A stretch of DNA of 64,000 nt. Source: Nitrosopumilus sp. (GTDB lineage: Archaea > Thermoproteota > Nitrososphaeria > Nitrososphaerales > Nitrosopumilaceae). Within the stretch, counting starts at the first letter, position 1, and each line of letters begins with the position of its first letter. The DNA is taken from positions 1,440,001 through 1,504,000 of the forward strand of contig OZ252243.1 of assembly GCA_965249555.1 (NCBI GenBank). Reading direction: 5' to 3'. Positions 41,724-51,514 of this stretch are shown here, in pieces. The position numbers were made by a program, and so were the translations under genes. The notes under the pieces are model-generated. The model worked only from the letters and a program-made list of their open reading frames with translations, was not told the origin of the DNA and did no database searches.

Positions 41724-44700
41724 CTAATCTCTCACATATTTGCTGTACAGAATTCGAGGTGAGCTATTCTCTTCTTCGTTTTGTTTTATTTGGTTTTGTA
41801 TCTTATAGTGCAGATACAACTGGCTAAGATGTTGTAGTAACTCCGAATCATGCATTTTACTTTTCTTAATTTTTAGTAATTCTTTGTTTAGTCTTCTCTT
41901 TAGAATGGGAATGGAATATGCCTTTCGCAGCGTTTCAATATCTTCTTTTTTATCCAAAAATTCTTTGATGCTATCCATTTTTATCAGTTTTTCAAGTACC
42001 CATCTCTGTGCCATACTTAATCGTACACTTGATTCCCTAGCTTGGATCTGTTCTGTGTCTTCAACAAATTTCTTCCAACCCACAGATACTAGTTTGTCAT
42101 AGTCTGAAGGAGTAGAATAAACAGCTTCGTCGTCTGATTCTAAAATTTCCAAGGCTTTTTGTATTCTTATCTCTTTGATCTCTTCTTTTGTATTAATCAT
42201 ATAGTATTTCCTTACTTTACCGCTTCGCTCAGTTCCACTTTCACATGCCAAAAGCAACTGACCGCCTGATTTTACATTATCTGAGCTTCTTATGCCGTTT
42301 GGAATTGTTCTTATCTCCTCCCAAAATTCTGGTTTGTTTACTTGTATATCTTGCAGGATTTTCTCAAATTTTGATGGCTCTAAGGGATTCACTTCTTCTC
42401 TATCTAGAATTGATTCATCACACTTGTAAATTGCATAAGTGTCTTTAGTATTGATTGATTCTTCTGGTTTGAGTATTTTATAGTCTTCTCCTATTATTTG
42501 ATGTATTTTATCAATTTTGGCATCAACATGCTCTTCAAGTTTAAAATCCTTTTTCATTTCTAGATCTAACAGAAAATTATGCACTATAACAAATTCATTC
42601 TGACTTCCAATTCTATCTACTCTTCCTGCTCTTTGAATTAACCTAGTTGGATTCCAGTGAAAATCATAATTAATTATAACCTCACCCGCTTGAAGGTTTA
42701 CTCCTTCAGATAATACATCAGTAGTAATCAATAAAGAAATTTGTTCAGATTTTTCCAGTTTTGATTCATTACTTGGATTATTGACAGGATCAAACCTTCT
42801 TGCACATTCTATAGCATTTCCAGTAACAGAATCTACCCGCTCTTTGATTCCATTCCATCGTACATAATCACTTAGATATTTTACAGTAGTGGCAAACTCT
42901 GAAAATATGAGAACTTTCTTTCCAGAATATTCGTTATCAAGTAGATCTTGTAGTATGCGCAACTTGTTATCTGTCTTCCATGTGAGTCTGTGAATTAAAC
43001 CATCAATTGTCTCAAATATCTCAATATCGTTTTGAATGTCTGAAGTTAATTTTTCAATGTCAAATGCCTCAAATTTGTATTTTGTCTCACCAGATTCCTG
43101 AATCTTTTTTCTAAATTCATCAATAGTTTCAGGATCGTTTATGGAATCCGGATCAGACTGTGCAATTTCATACATTTCCTTGTAAGACACATCTCCTATT
43201 GGGATAATCCCTTCATCTAATAATTTAAGAAAAATCTTATGACTGTCAATATAATGTCTGATGCTTTGTTTGAATGCTTCAAGACTACTTTCCATTCTTT
43301 TTAGCAATAATGTTCTGATTAATCCTATGAGTTTTTTCCCAGCAATTCCTAACTCTTTGTATAATTCGACATTTTTGTATTCATCTTTTAGATACAATCC
43401 CAAGCTATATCTGGCAAGAGTAAGAGTTTTTACATCTGGGTTTGATTCTGGCTTGGCAAGATAACCTACAATCGTCTTAAATTTTCTTTGATAGACTGCG
43501 TTAATATCATATCTCTCTATTCTCATTTTACGTTTAGGGAAATACTTGTTTTCACCCCCGACTTGCAGATATTTTCTGTCATTTTCGTCCACTTTGCCCC
43601 ATTGACTTAGAACATATCTTCGAGTTCGTCTAATCATGATGTTTCTGAGCAGATCCACCAAGCTAGCATCGCCATTTTTTATTTGTCCAAAGTATCTGTC
43701 AAGATCAGTCTCATTTGCAGGTGGGATAGATGTTTTTGATGTCTGATGAAATAACATTATCTGGTTTTTAATATCCATTTCTTTGTTGGAGTATGGGGTT
43801 GCAGTAAGTAGAATTGCTTTTGCATCTTGAGCCTGCATGAATTGATAGAGGTTTTCATACTGTCTTGAATCACTGTTTCTGAAATGATGACTCTCATCAA
43901 TTAGCACCAAATCCCTACTATTGTATCTGTAATCCTGATACAATTCAAAATTTTCCTGTGATAGCTTACCTCGTGATAAAATCTTTGCATCTACCTCATA
44001 ATCCTCACAGAATTTTTCCCACATGGGAATTAGTGGTGGTGGACAAATAATCAAAGGTCTGTACTCTTGCCGTTGTAAATATTTTAGCAATGCTATTCCA
44101 ACATATGTTTTTCCCAATCCTACAACATCGCCAATTATCACTCCTCCATACAACTCAAACATTGTAAGACCCTGATCAACTGCATTTCTCTGAAATGGAA
44201 ATAGTTTTGGAAATTTTTGTTTCCATATGGGATCAATCTCATGTTGTTCTTCCAGTTTGTCTTTATGTTCTAGATATGCAGCTTTTAGAAACAGGTCTTT
44301 AGAGGAGTAGATTTTTCCTGCCCATGAATTTGTTAATATTAAATTAAAATCTTCGGTGAACTCTAGTCCGTCTTTCCATAATTCATTAAACCAATTTAAA
44401 AGCTGGTTAACATCTGGAGAATTATATGTTTTGAGATTTAATTCGCTGTTTTGCGAGATGCCTGCAATCGATAGATTACTAGAACCCACAATGCCCATAC
44501 CTTGGGAAAAATCAGTATCTTTTGGCTGGAAGATGTAGGCCTTTGCATGGAGTTTCTCTTTTGGATATACCCGAACTTCTAGCTGTTTTGTTTTCATCAT
44601 TTCAATGAGTAACTCTACCACTGTTTTATCTTCACTAGTCTGACTCATGTGTTCTAAAGACTGTTTTATGTTGTCTTTAGAGTCCAAGATCACATTAGTT

Positions 44701-44984
44701 TTTCTATCCTCATTTACAAAATTTTTCTTATCAACTTCAGTTTGTACTTCCTTGATACTATGAAATCCTTCAATTAGAGCTTCGGCAGTTGTCTTGTCAG
44801 TGGTATTTGAGATTAGCAAACGAACCTTGTTTATGTCCTTTAGGGATTGAATTATTACAGATAATCCAGAAATGAAAAAATACCCTACTGCAATACTTGC
44901 ATTTTCAGTCTTTGGTAAAATCTTTAGCAGTTCATCTTTTAGAATTACCTCCTTGTTGTCAATTACATTATCTTCTCGAAGCAT
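41724..44984 (-). CDS. PLD-nuclease / SNF2-like helicase fusion
   Basis: HAKAYIF…GSSNLS (PLD), GDVVGLGKT, DESHHFRN, TATP, SEGVNLQ and QRAGRVDRIG motifs. Confidence 0.93.
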   Translation of the reverse strand: MLREDNVIDNKEVILKDELLKILPKTENASIAVGYFFISGLSVIIQSLKDINKVRLLISNTTDKTTAEALIEGFHSIKEVQTEVDKKNFVNEDRKTNVILDSKDNIKQSLEHMSQTSEDKTVVELLIEMMKTKQLEVRVYPKEKLHAKAYIFQPKDTDFSQGMGIVGSSNLSIAGISQNSELNLKTYNSPDVNQLLNWFNELWKDGLEFTEDFNLILTNSWAGKIYSSKDLFLKAAYLEHKDKLEEQHEIDPIWKQKFPKLFPFQRNAVDQGLTMFELYGGVIIGDVVGLGKTYVGIALLKYLQRQEYRPLIICPPPLIPMWEKFCEDYEVDAKILSRGKLSQENFELYQDYRYNSRDLVLIDESHHFRNSDSRQYENLYQFMQAQDAKAILLTATPYSNKEMDIKNQIMLFHQTSKTSIPPANETDLDRYFGQIKNGDASLVDLLRNIMIRRTRRYVLSQWGKVDENDRKYLQVGGENKYFPKRKMRIERYDINAVYQRKFKTIVGYLAKPESNPDVKTLTLARYSLGLYLKDEYKNVELYKELGIAGKKLIGLIRTLLLKRMESSLEAFKQSIRHYIDSHKIFLKLLDEGIIPIGDVSYKEMYEIAQSDPDSINDPETIDEFRKKIQESGETKYKFEAFDIEKLTSDIQNDIEIFETIDGLIHRLTWKTDNKLRILQDLLDNEYSGKKVLIFSEFATTVKYLSDYVRWNGIKERVDSVTGNAIECARRFDPVNNPSNESKLEKSEQISLLITTDVLSEGVNLQAGEVIINYDFHWNPTRLIQRAGRVDRIGSQNEFVIVHNFLLDLEMKKDFKLEEHVDAKIDKIHQIIGEDYKILKPEESINTKDTYAIYKCDESILDREEVNPLEPSKFEKILQDIQVNKPEFWEEIRTIPNGIRSSDNVKSGGQLLLACESGTERSGKVRKYYMINTKEEIKEIRIQKALEILESDDEAVYSTPSDYDKLVSVGWKKFVEDTEQIQARESSVRLSMAQRWVLEKLIKMDSIKEFLDKKEDIETLRKAYSIPILKRRLNKELLKIKKSKMHDSELLQHLSQLYLHYKIQNQIKQNEEENSSPRILYSKYVRD

Positions 44985-45144
44985 CTTAATTATGAAATGT
45001 TCCTAACCCTAAGATAAAGTTGACTAACACAATGTGATTTTTTTTGGATCAGTATTGAAAGACAACATAACTGTAGTTAGAAATAACATAGAATCGATAT
45101 TTTTCTTACATTTGTTGTGATATAGTCATTCTAAAAATCATAAT

Positions 45145-46059
45145 GTGATTATGTATATGTTAGATAATGGCAAACAAAACACTAGAACACTATTAGCGTA
45201 TATGTCAATATTGAGCATGAAATCAAAGTCAACTCAAAAATTATTCCAGTGTACAATAAACAACATAGAAACCTTTGGTAAGATAGATGTCAAAAACATA
45301 TCAATATATGATGAAGATAATATCTATGATATTCTTCAAGAATGGATAATCTGGAACAGTAAACGTGGGATAACTGCTTCAAGTATAATGTGTTATTTTA
45401 ACAACCTCAGGTCCTATCTTTGGTATCGCAGAATAAAGCTTGATTGTAGAGAGATAAAACATAATCTAAGATTTCCACAAACATTGCACGAATATGAAAT
45501 TCCAATAACTGTAGGTGCAATAGGGAAAATTCTTCGTGTGTCAGAATTGGAATTTCGATTTCAACTCTTGGCTTTGATATCAAGTGGAATGAGAGTAAGT
45601 GAACTAGGGCAGATAAGACTAGCACATCTCGATCTTACACGTACAAATGTAATGGTACTACTTCCTGCTAAAATAACAAAAACAGGCAGATCACGTATAA
45701 CATTTTTTTCAAAACAAGTTTCAGATATGATACGTTACAGAATTAAAATTCATAAATCCGATTTTATATTCTGTGGAAATAGAACACGAGAGCAAGCCCT
45801 CAATCTTGTTCTAAAACGTTTTGCAGCTGCAAGAAAAAAAGCTGACCTGATGGAAAAATACAGTCACTGTAAACAAAACAGATACAGAATTCATGTTCAT
45901 AGTATGAGATCATACTTTATAACAAAGGCAAACAACATACAGTTTGGATTGGGTCATATTCTTGCAGGGCATAATTTTTACATGAAGGAATATAACAAGT
46001 ACACTGTTGACGAATTACTTTCCATGTACAAAAAATTTGAAAAGGATGTAACATTTTAA
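45145..46059 (+). CDS. tyrosine recombinase
   Basis: SSGMRVSE (R), TKTG (K), HSMR (HxxR), LAGH (H) and a C-terminal Y in EYNKY. Confidence 0.93.
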   Translation: MIMYMLDNGKQNTRTLLAYMSILSMKSKSTQKLFQCTINNIETFGKIDVKNISIYDEDNIYDILQEWIIWNSKRGITASSIMCYFNNLRSYLWYRRIKLDCREIKHNLRFPQTLHEYEIPITVGAIGKILRVSELEFRFQLLALISSGMRVSELGQIRLAHLDLTRTNVMVLLPAKITKTGRSRITFFSKQVSDMIRYRIKIHKSDFIFCGNRTREQALNLVLKRFAAARKKADLMEKYSHCKQNRYRIHVHSMRSYFITKANNIQFGLGHILAGHNFYMKEYNKYTVDELLSMYKKFEKDVTF

Positions 46060-46153
46060 AAAATATAGATATAATTGCCAAAATTTCGAAATTATTTTTT
46101 ACTTTTCTAGTATCTTGTCTTTAAGAAATCAAATTGCTGTAATCTAATTTTGT

Positions 46154-47230
46154 TCACAATATGTTTTCTAAATCTTCTTTTGTTGTTTCACTATCTTCAT
46201 CTGTTATTTCAACAGAGCCTTTGGGTTCTATCATATATGCTAAAGAATTCTCATCACAATCATACAGGGCTAAAATATCCGAGTCTTTAACACTTGATGT
46301 CATATGTTCTCTCTCTGATAAATTAGTTTTCATATGAGAATCACAATTCCAAGGGCAATTGGCAACAAATACCAGTGTGTATCTAGCACGTATGGAATAA
46401 TTGTTAGTCAATTGTGGAAGTAATAACGATCCGCCAATTACAAATAATCCGATTTCTATTTGTTTGGTAAATATTCCAACATCTGGAGGATCGCCCAAAA
46501 AAACAATGTATTTGAGTGCAACAATTACAGAAGACAGACCAGCAAGTGCAAAAAGACCTATCTTTGTGGGTGCAGTAGAAGTACGTGTGGGTTTAAAGGA
46601 ATACGAAATCTCAAAACTCTCCTCAATATCGGATATTATTCGAAATAAATTAGAGTTGTAGGTTCTGAATTTTTGTACGTACTCTGGCTGTTGATAACTC
46701 TGCTTTATTTTACCATCCTTGATGAAACCATATCGTGTTTGAGCAAAATCAAAGTCATTAGGTGTAAACAAAGTATAATACAAAGGATAGGGTTGTTTTT
46801 TAATTTTCATTTTCAAAACAGATCTTGGCGGATCTATATGATGTGGAGAATAGTTTAGAGTAAATGTTCTAACCTCATTTTTATACAATGATTTATTTTT
46901 TGGAATCTTAATCCATATCATGTGTAATTCCTCCGCATTTATTTTTGAATTAAAATGCTCTAGTTTTTCTTGTGTTTCATTGGAACTTTTTTCAATAAAA
47001 TGATTAATCAATTTTTTAACATCCCTTGTTGTCATAACAGGTAAAATGGAATCATCCTCATCTCGAACCAATAAGTTTAGCAAGAATTTATCTGACAGAA
47101 TTATGATGTTTGTCAATTCTTTTCTTTTTGATTTTATGGTATATTCGCTTACTATGCTTCGCTGTTCTTTATGATCATGTGAAATAAACAATCGTTGTCT
47201 TAGAATCTCTATCATAGAAGTAACTTGCAT
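46154..47230 (-). CDS. hypothetical membrane protein
   Basis: Soluble N-terminus plus 2-3 C-terminal TM segments; tail may be a frameshift read-through into a small acidic ORF. Confidence 0.7.
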   Translation of the reverse strand: MQVTSMIEILRQRLFISHDHKEQRSIVSEYTIKSKRKELTNIIILSDKFLLNLLVRDEDDSILPVMTTRDVKKLINHFIEKSSNETQEKLEHFNSKINAEELHMIWIKIPKNKSLYKNEVRTFTLNYSPHHIDPPRSVLKMKIKKQPYPLYYTLFTPNDFDFAQTRYGFIKDGKIKQSYQQPEYVQKFRTYNSNLFRIISDIEESFEISYSFKPTRTSTAPTKIGLFALAGLSSVIVALKYIVFLGDPPDVGIFTKQIEIGLFVIGGSLLLPQLTNNYSIRARYTLVFVANCPWNCDSHMKTNLSEREHMTSSVKDSDILALYDCDENSLAYMIEPKGSVEITDEDSETTKEDLENIL

Positions 47231-47460
47231 CTAAAAACAACAAGTAAACATATCATTTTATCTGACAAGGTTTAGAAAAAACATTTTTTACTCCAAAACA
47301 TTGAACACCAAAAAATATTGTTAGAATTCAGAAATAATCTCTTGTCTTACAGATCGCTTGTTCTAATCAGAATACATCAGACAATCATAAAGCATTTAAA
47401 AATTCTTCGAGTATTTTTTTGCAAATTTTTAGAATTGTTTATTGAATCTTCAAACTGGCA

Positions 47461-47650
47461 GATTTTGTCACAAAAATCGGCGAGAACAGCCTCGACTTTT
47501 ATTCCGATGAGAGATGGCAACAGGTTAAGGAAACTGCCTCAGAGCATTCGTTCTTCCATTGGGACTTGGAGTTTCCTGACATCTTTTATGATGAAAATGG
47601 GAAACGGAAGAAAAATCCTGGATTTGATGCTGTGGTTGGGAATCCGCCTT
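47461..47650 (+). repeat. 190-bp inverted repeat, copy B
   Basis: Runs GATTTTGTCACAAAAATCGG…GGGAATCCGCCTT; matches copy A. Confidence 0.97.
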
Positions 47651-48942
47651 ATAACAAAGAGATGAACAATAAAGTAATTTTTAAACCTATCAAGAGATCT
47701 CTTTATAAAAAATATCATCAAGGAAAAATGGATTATTGGTATTTCTTTATACATAGGGCCATAGATCTAACTAAAAACGAGGGAAGGTTCGGATACATTA
47801 CAAACAGTTATTGGATTAAATCAAAGGGCTCATCAAAATTGATTCAACGTATCAAAGAAAACCTAATTCTCACAAAATGTATTGATTTTGGTGGAATAAA
47901 AGTATTCAAAGAAGTAAATGACAAACATATGCTTCATTTCTATCTAAAAAAGAATTTTTCAAAAACAGATAAAACAACATATGTTTTATTAAACAAAGAA
48001 AATTTTAACGAACAAATAATAGAAGAATCACCTATTATCAAACCATTTCATGATGTAATAGATGATGATAATTTAGATTTTTCAAAAAATATAGGAATCA
48101 TTTTTACTAATTGTGATGAGTTAGCTATTTTTTATAATGTTAGTGTAGGAGTTCAAGAATCCCCTGATAAAATCAGTAAGAAAGCATTAGAAAAAAATAC
48201 AGACATTGGAATCAAAAAAGGCATGGGTGTATTTGTTATATCAAAATCAGAACTAGAACTATTACATCTAAGTAACAATGAAAGAAAAATAATTAAAAAA
48301 TACTTAGATCCTCACGATGTTGGCAAGTATTTTATAAAATTTAATGAACAGTATCTTATTTATTCAAATAGACTTACTAAAACAAAAATATCCAATGGTG
48401 ATTTTCCTAGTTTAAAAAAGCATTTAGATAAATTTGAAAAATTTATTACTTCTTCAAACAAGCCGTATGGAATTCATCGATTTAGAGAACAGAGATTTTT
48501 TGAAGACCCTAAACTGTTATGTAAATCTATGTTTAACATACCACAATTTTGCTATGATGACCAAAAACACTATGTAGGATTTTCATTTTCGTCAATAATT
48601 AATAAAAACCCAGATTATGATCTCAAATATTTATTGGGTCTACTAAATTCAACGTTAGCAAATTATTGGTTTCATAAAAAAGGTAAAAAAAGAGGCGGTG
48701 GATTAGATATTCTTGTTTATACTTATAGAAAATTTCCAGTATTCAAAGCTACATTTGGACAACAGAAAAAAATTGTGGATATGGTTAATAAATTACTAGA
48801 ATTAAACAAAAATCCATTAGATGGCATAAGAGAAGAAAACAAAAAAATTATGGAAAATTTAGATCAGTTTATTTTTAAAATGTATGAATTAAAACCAATA
48901 CATATAGCATACATTAAAAAGAATTTTAGTTCCATAATATAA
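47461..48942 (+). other. headless alternative MTase C-terminus/TRD cassette
   Basis: Open frame from the repeat through GNPPY, DYWYFFI, YITNSYW and LKYLLGLLNS to stop 48942; lacks the SAM-binding motif I and N-terminus. Confidence 0.9.
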
Positions 48943-48954
48943 GTAATATGAAAA

Positions 48955-50328
48955 TTAAACAATTCTAACATCTGTGAATTTTACATAATCTCTTTTAATT
49001 ATATCCCAATACTCAAAATCAAAATTCAACATAGCCAAAAAGATCCTAGTAAGCAGTACAAAAATTCCCTTGTATGCTCTAAACAATATACTATCATCAT
49101 TTTCAACTGTTTTAACACGTCCCATATGCGTAATTTTGTTTCGAATTTTAATTATTTCTTCAAGGGTTATCTCAAGATCATCATATTTTATTTCCCAGTG
49201 TTCTAGCAACATTTTAGCTTTGTTACGATACGATCTTCTTTGCATCGCATCAATTCCATTATACATTAGACTTTGTGTTTTATCATCAACATTCATTTCA
49301 ATAAGAATTTGCTTCATTTGATTTTTAATTTTTTTCCTAAATTTTTCAAATTTGTCATCTGAGATTAAGAATTCTGTGTTATTGTCGAAATGAAATTTTT
49401 CTAAAAGAAGTTCTAAAGATGTTGTAGCACACAGAAATCTAGTTTCTAGGTTTCCAGAATTCCATGAATCTACATACCATTCTAGCGCATATGAAAAACC
49501 GTGTTTTTTATCGATCTTTTTAGAATATCCTTTTAACACAGATTTTAGGAAATAAGCAATACTGATTTTATCTGTTAAGCCAAAATTACCAGGTTGTTTT
49601 ATTTTAGTATGGATAATCTCAAAGAAAATCCTTGGCATTTGTTCATTGCATTTTATTTCATAAGCAGATACTGCCACTACACTATGCCAAGATGTCTGTG
49701 CAAGGCTTGTTAATTTTAAAAAATTAGCAATGAATTCTCTTGCCATCGTTATTGTTTCTTGAGTTGTTGTTACCTTATCTTTTGGAATGTGTAAAGATAT
49801 TACGGAAGTAATTAGCGGTGTATTATATTCCTTCATCATAGACTCTAGTTTCTCAATATCTCTGAAATGGTTAATTCTGAGTTCACCTATTTCAGTATCT
49901 AAAATAACTCTAAAAGTTGAGAACATATTGGTAACATAAAATTTAATTTGAATTCCTTTGGAATCTCTACTAATTTCTCTATATGGAAACTCTAGTTTCC
50001 CTATAGAAATTTTTGCTTTTACTGAAATTACTTTGTTCCATTTTTCATGTATTCCAGTAATAAAACATTCTTTTGCTGCAACATTCTCTCCTTCCTTATT
50101 GATCCCTCTAATTTTGAAATGTTCTGATCTTCTAAGATATTCTAATAATTTAGGGTTCTTAATATTTATAAATTCTAACTCGCCAGTGGTAATTCCATTC
50201 TGATTAAGCTTTATCCAAAACTTTACATTATTTTCAAAACCATCCTCACAAATTATTTTACCTTCTCCTAAAGTTTCAAAAATAGGTTTTAAAATTTCTT
50301 TATCTATTTTTTTATTTTTCTTTGACAT
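48955..50328 (-). CDS. ApeA-like HEPN domain protein
   Basis: C-terminal RNKITH (RxxxxH) with upstream TSLE; beta-rich N-terminus. Confidence 0.75.
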   Translation of the reverse strand: MSKKNKKIDKEILKPIFETLGEGKIICEDGFENNVKFWIKLNQNGITTGELEFINIKNPKLLEYLRRSEHFKIRGINKEGENVAAKECFITGIHEKWNKVISVKAKISIGKLEFPYREISRDSKGIQIKFYVTNMFSTFRVILDTEIGELRINHFRDIEKLESMMKEYNTPLITSVISLHIPKDKVTTTQETITMAREFIANFLKLTSLAQTSWHSVVAVSAYEIKCNEQMPRIFFEIIHTKIKQPGNFGLTDKISIAYFLKSVLKGYSKKIDKKHGFSYALEWYVDSWNSGNLETRFLCATTSLELLLEKFHFDNNTEFLISDDKFEKFRKKIKNQMKQILIEMNVDDKTQSLMYNGIDAMQRRSYRNKAKMLLEHWEIKYDDLEITLEEIIKIRNKITHMGRVKTVENDDSILFRAYKGIFVLLTRIFLAMLNFDFEYWDIIKRDYVKFTDVRIV

Positions 50329-50729
50329 GATATTAAATTAGTCTTCAATGAAATAAACTTAATCAAATCACGAGCCAATATCAAAGAAAATAGTATATCC
50401 CATTATTTTTAGAATCTAGAAAGTACAGATGTAAGAAACATAGAATGTTATTCAAAAAGATAGTTTCTTCCAACTCCAACATAGCGAATTTTTGACAGGT
50501 TTGAAATAACAGTATATCTACAATCTGACATATGATGAGATGTGAGAAAAACTATTGCCAGATATTTGATAATGTGATAGTGAATCTGTTTTAGCTCTTA
50601 ATTCTTGGCGCCAGATAATACTCGGCCCTTGCCATGGACTCCATCTCAAAGAGAAGATGCATTGGCGTCTGTGTCCCATATTCCATGTTGACATTCTTGC
50701 TTGCTTTGCTAATATTGCGGATAATTTTT

Positions 50730-50813
50730 GCCTGGCATAAGGGCGGAAAAACAATAGAGGAAAACTGCCAGATGCTTTGTGCAAAGGATAACGCCACCAA
50801 GTCAGGAAAATGA
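50730..50813 (+). pseudogene. HNH endonuclease C-terminal remnant
   Basis: Read manually as AWHKGGKTIEENCQMLCAKDNATKSGK*. Confidence 0.7.
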
Positions 50814-51250
50814 CCTCAATCCTTAGAAGATCGTGTTTTGTGTCTATATCCCCAAGATTACACAGAACCTGTTTTCAAGCAAATTCTGTCCACTGTTAAT
50901 GAAGTTGCAATTGACAAATATTCGTGTACGTTCATTATGAATAACCTAGTATAATATAGTAAAACTACCTAAAAAGCAATAGTAGAAATTCTATTTATCC
51001 GTAATTCTATTTATTGGCCAATGCAGCATTTTGAATCCAGGCATCAAAAAGCATACTCCGTAAATAAACAACGGTAGTCCTATTATGAAATACACAGTTA
51101 AAGGATTCACATGGATACCAGAACCACCGAAGATAGTTAACTAGTTGTGACCATTGTAAAAATCTGGGCATAAAACGTATTTGTTTTGGTAAAATAAAAT
51201 ACCAAACATCGTAAATTAAACTGTTTTAACTATTTCAAACAATATACATT

Positions 51251-51514
51251 ATGAATGAAATGATTCTCAAGAAGATAGAGCAAAAAATTCAAGATACAAT
51301 TTCAAACAAGGACGAAATTAGGCAATTAGTTCAATCACTCTCAAACATTGATGATTCAAAATCATTTGCTTTAGGTATTATCGTAGGCAGAATTTACAAC
51401 GCATTTTACTATCAATCCAAACGAATTCTTAATCGAGAACCAACTAAAGAGGAATTCCAAGAATTTTTAGAATTTATCAAAACCAAGAAATCTAATTTAG
51501 AAAATCTATGGTGA
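51251..51514 (+). CDS. hypothetical protein
   Basis: 87-aa ORF converging on rpl10e; marks return to backbone. Confidence 0.75.
   Translation: MNEMILKKIEQKIQDTISNKDEIRQLVQSLSNIDDSKSFALGIIVGRIYNAFYYQSKRILNREPTKEEFQEFLEFIKTKKSNLENLW

Larger units (their letters stand above)
33115..51227. mobile_element. 18.1-kb defence island (island 2)
   Basis: ATTAAACTGTTTT direct repeat at 33115-33127 and 51215-51227; contains ISs, R-M genes, a recombinase and a HEPN gene; core genes on both sides. Confidence 0.7.

Noticed and set aside
38260-44984. Complete BREX or DISARM system
   Set aside because: No PglZ/BrxC or DrmA/DrmB genes are visible in the island.
47318-47665. ORF 47318..47665 and its twin 39741..39944
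   Set aside because: Off-frame readings of the 190-bp repeat; the meaningful frame is the MTase frame.
47566-48942. Independent functional methyltransferase starting at TTG 47566
   Set aside because: Lacks the SAM-binding motif I, and the start lies inside the duplicated block; better read as a silent cassette.
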